From Psammoneis japonica (taxonomy: Eukaryota): DNA of 64,000 nt. A program made the translations under genes and the position numbers. The stretch covers positions 186,001 through 250,000 of the forward strand of contig QPGO01000004.1 of the NCBI GenBank assembly GCA_008632985.1, in the 5' to 3' direction. Positions 61,405 through 64,000 of this stretch are shown in pieces; position 1 is the stretch's first letter; the number at the start of each line of letters is the position of its first letter. The notes beneath the pieces were generated by a model. The model ran no database searches. It was not told the DNA's origin and was given only the letters and a program-made list of their open reading frames with translations.

Positions 61405-64000
61405 ACAGCACATGCATCATGCAGCACACACCTCGCTCAGGGGATCACGCATCCCTTCGTCCCAGATCAGCTCTAGCTGGCAGCTGGACGTCCTCAATGG
61501 GCGGAGGATGGCGCTGGTCTGTCCCCATGCAAGCATTAAAAAGTGTGCCAACCCACCACTCACGGAGACCACCGACACCACGCCGAGAAGACAAAAACCT
61601 GGCAACACACTGACAACGGCACCAGAATCGACTCGGATCTCCACGCACAGCCTGCGAAAACTGCACGTGACAACTGCCCCTCACTCGTGCGACTGTGTCA
61701 ACCACATGACATCCACCTTTTCCCCTTTTTTTAAACATCATGTTTGAAGGACAGACAGGAATGGGCACAAGCACGCACTCCAGAGCAACAGATCATGAAC
61801 ACGGCGGTCGCCTTCGCGTTCGACAAAATCAGCCGAACCCTGACGTCATGAGGAAAAAGGAGGAATCTTTCGAGGTGGATTCAATGGGATTTGCATCGCG
61901 CTCGAATTTCAAGTCATTTGAGTCAGTGTGAACAGCAAAGAACCATCGCGATGGTGGCAACCAAGCTGTTTTCAATGCAGTGTTCTTCTTTCCTTGATGC
62001 TCTCATGAATTTTTCATGAGAGTGCGGCACATTGAAAAGAGTGAAATTTTGAATGTGTTCTACAGAAATTGTGGTCAGCAAAGCAGTGCAACAACACAGA
62101 ACACAGCAACACAGTTGTTGACTTCATGTGTTGGTTTTTAGGATTTGCTGAGGGCACTGAACAGCCCAAAAAGGACAAGAAGCAATGTTGAACAAAAACC
62201 GCAGCTGCGCAGTTTGTGGGTAAGAGCATCTCGTGTTGTTGCCGCTTTGGTCAACAAATGGTGTGAATGATGACATTGTTCATGATGTGTGCTCTCCTCT
62301 TGTCGAGTTGATTCCATTTGATGGAATGTTGTGGTGTGAAGACCTGTGGCACGTTGTTTGCGTGGATTTCTGCACTGCGTTCACTGAGGAAAAAGCGGAG
62401 TGAAGCCAAAACAGCACATGAATGTGGGTTCACTGCTTGTGTTCACCAACGTCATCACAGAAAGCATGCATGCCAGCATGACATGGTGAACATGAAGGCG
62501 GTTGTCTTCACTTGTGATCTGTCACTTTGCTGCAACTGCCTGCCTGCCAGCAACTGCCAACTGCAGTGCACTGAGATGAGAAACACCACCTCCATCGTCA
62601 GTGCAAAGAGAGCAGATCCCAGCCCCTGCGATTTTTGTAACTCTCTCACACCGCTCCTCTGCCCCCCAATCCCAGGCCTCTCAAATCCTCAGTCAGTCTC
62701 AAGAACTTTCTTGGCATCACCCTCTCCAACCACCACCTCTCTCTTCTTCTTCTTTTGCCAACCCTTCCCTTCCCAACTCTCTCTGCTCCCACTGCCCACC
62801 TGTCTGTGCTGTCAGCCTCCCTTTCTCCCCTCACCCCCAGCCCCCTGCCCCTGCTGCTCTCTGTGCATTGTGTTGCCTGCCACCTGCACCAGCCACCCCC
62901 ATTTCTTCCCCACCCCAGCTGCCATTGTTGTGTCTGCTTCTGAGTTTCAAAATGACTTGATTTCACACTCAATGCTTGTCAAACTTTCTTGACTCTGCTG
63001 TTTCAGTGCTGGCACACAATCAACTCAGAACTCCCCCTTGCACAGGTCAACAAAACAGCTGATCTTTGAGACAACTGATTGTGCACAAAGTGCACATGTG
63101 AAGTCAGCTGCTCCAATTTTTCTTGAAAAAAAAAGGAACTGGAGCACCCTGGTTTTTCTCTTTAAAAAAGGAGTTGGAGCACCCTGTTTTTTTGTGGCAG
63201 TGTGAACTCATCACGACAGTGTGAAGGACATGCGCAATTGTTGAAAACAGCCAAACAACTTGATGAAAGAAACAAAAAAAGCAGCTCAAAGGTGCATCTG
63301 AAAGGCTGTGTGCAGGTTTCCATTGTTTTCTCATTAAAAATAAGTGCTCCCCAAAATGTTTTGTGTTTGTTGGTTGCTTGTGCCACCCTCCAAGCAACAT
63401 GGAGACAACAGCCGGCACTGCAAAACAACCAGATCTGAGAAAAAATGCAACAGAAATTGGGGGGAAGTCCACAAAGATTCACTTGCACAAAACACACAGT
63501 GAGACAGAAGAAGAGCAGGCTCAGTGCAGTGCCCCAGCACCTCAGCAGCACACGTGTGTCTCAATGTTAGAAAGTTGGGGTTTGACACCGTTTTTGGAGC
63601 ACAGACAGACAATGTTCAAGTGAAAGCAACAACACTGACAATTGTTGGCAACATGGTGAGTTCAGACAACTCAAAATGAAGTTGGGTCTCTTGCTTGCTT
63701 TTTTAGCTTCTGCACTTGGGCAACACAGCAATCAGCACAGAGTGGTGTTTGCAATCCACAGGGTGAGTTTAGGGATCAGCAAAACCAGCACAGATTGGTT
63801 GGCAGTGAGCCATGAAATTCCAACACTCACCTTGGATGAAAACACATGCCCAGGACAACATCAGCAACAGCGCCTTCTCTTCTCATTCTGTGCTCACCCC
63901 CCCACCCCCCACCCCCTCTCCCAGCTGCACAGCCAAAGTTCCAGAAGCAAGCCTCTTGTTCTCAATGGGGATGAGGAGTGCTTTCAAAAAAAAAACACAA
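61405..64000. repeat. TpA-depleted repeat-like block; CpG retained to ~61950, then also depleted
   Basis: TA is lost abruptly after ttacggtctacagtacag (~61390-61407). CA/TG-rich, with no recognisable coding motif. Confidence 0.8.

Overview
Eukaryotic, almost certainly diatom (stramenopile) genomic DNA, judged from compact genes, short GT-AG introns, signal-peptide+Phe plastid presequences and diatom-type gene families. The gene-rich core (~9.3-49 kb) holds about 19 genes: cytochrome b5 reductase, RAP/OPR protein, plastid EF4/GUF1, Tic22-like, SEL1L, fasciclin, choline/ethanolamine kinase, DUF1995 and others. It also holds a 2.3-kb tandem duplication. Repeat-derived DNA flanks the core. On the left (1-9.15 kb) are a decayed RNase H-bearing LINE and a ~0.8-kb tandem duplication. 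On the right are a full-length Ty3/Gypsy LTR element (49321-58142), a Crypton-like tyrosine recombinase gene and another decayed block (61.4-64 kb). The main observation is that repeat DNA is almost free of TpA, which has been converted on both strands to TpG/CpA (A-to-G / T-to-C). This is visible as Tyr-to-Cys/His in conserved transposon motifs and as TA vs TG/CA differences between the two LTRs. It looks like a repeat-targeted hypermutation acting in the opposite direction to fungal RIP. The Gypsy polyprotein also carries a degenerate C5-DNA-methyltransferase-like domain. Mirror-image TpA-rich islands occur between genes. Many single-base frameshifts in host genes suggest residual sequencing indels, so the TpA effect needs checking with orthogonal reads. 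All domain calls are by motif recognition; no searches were run.
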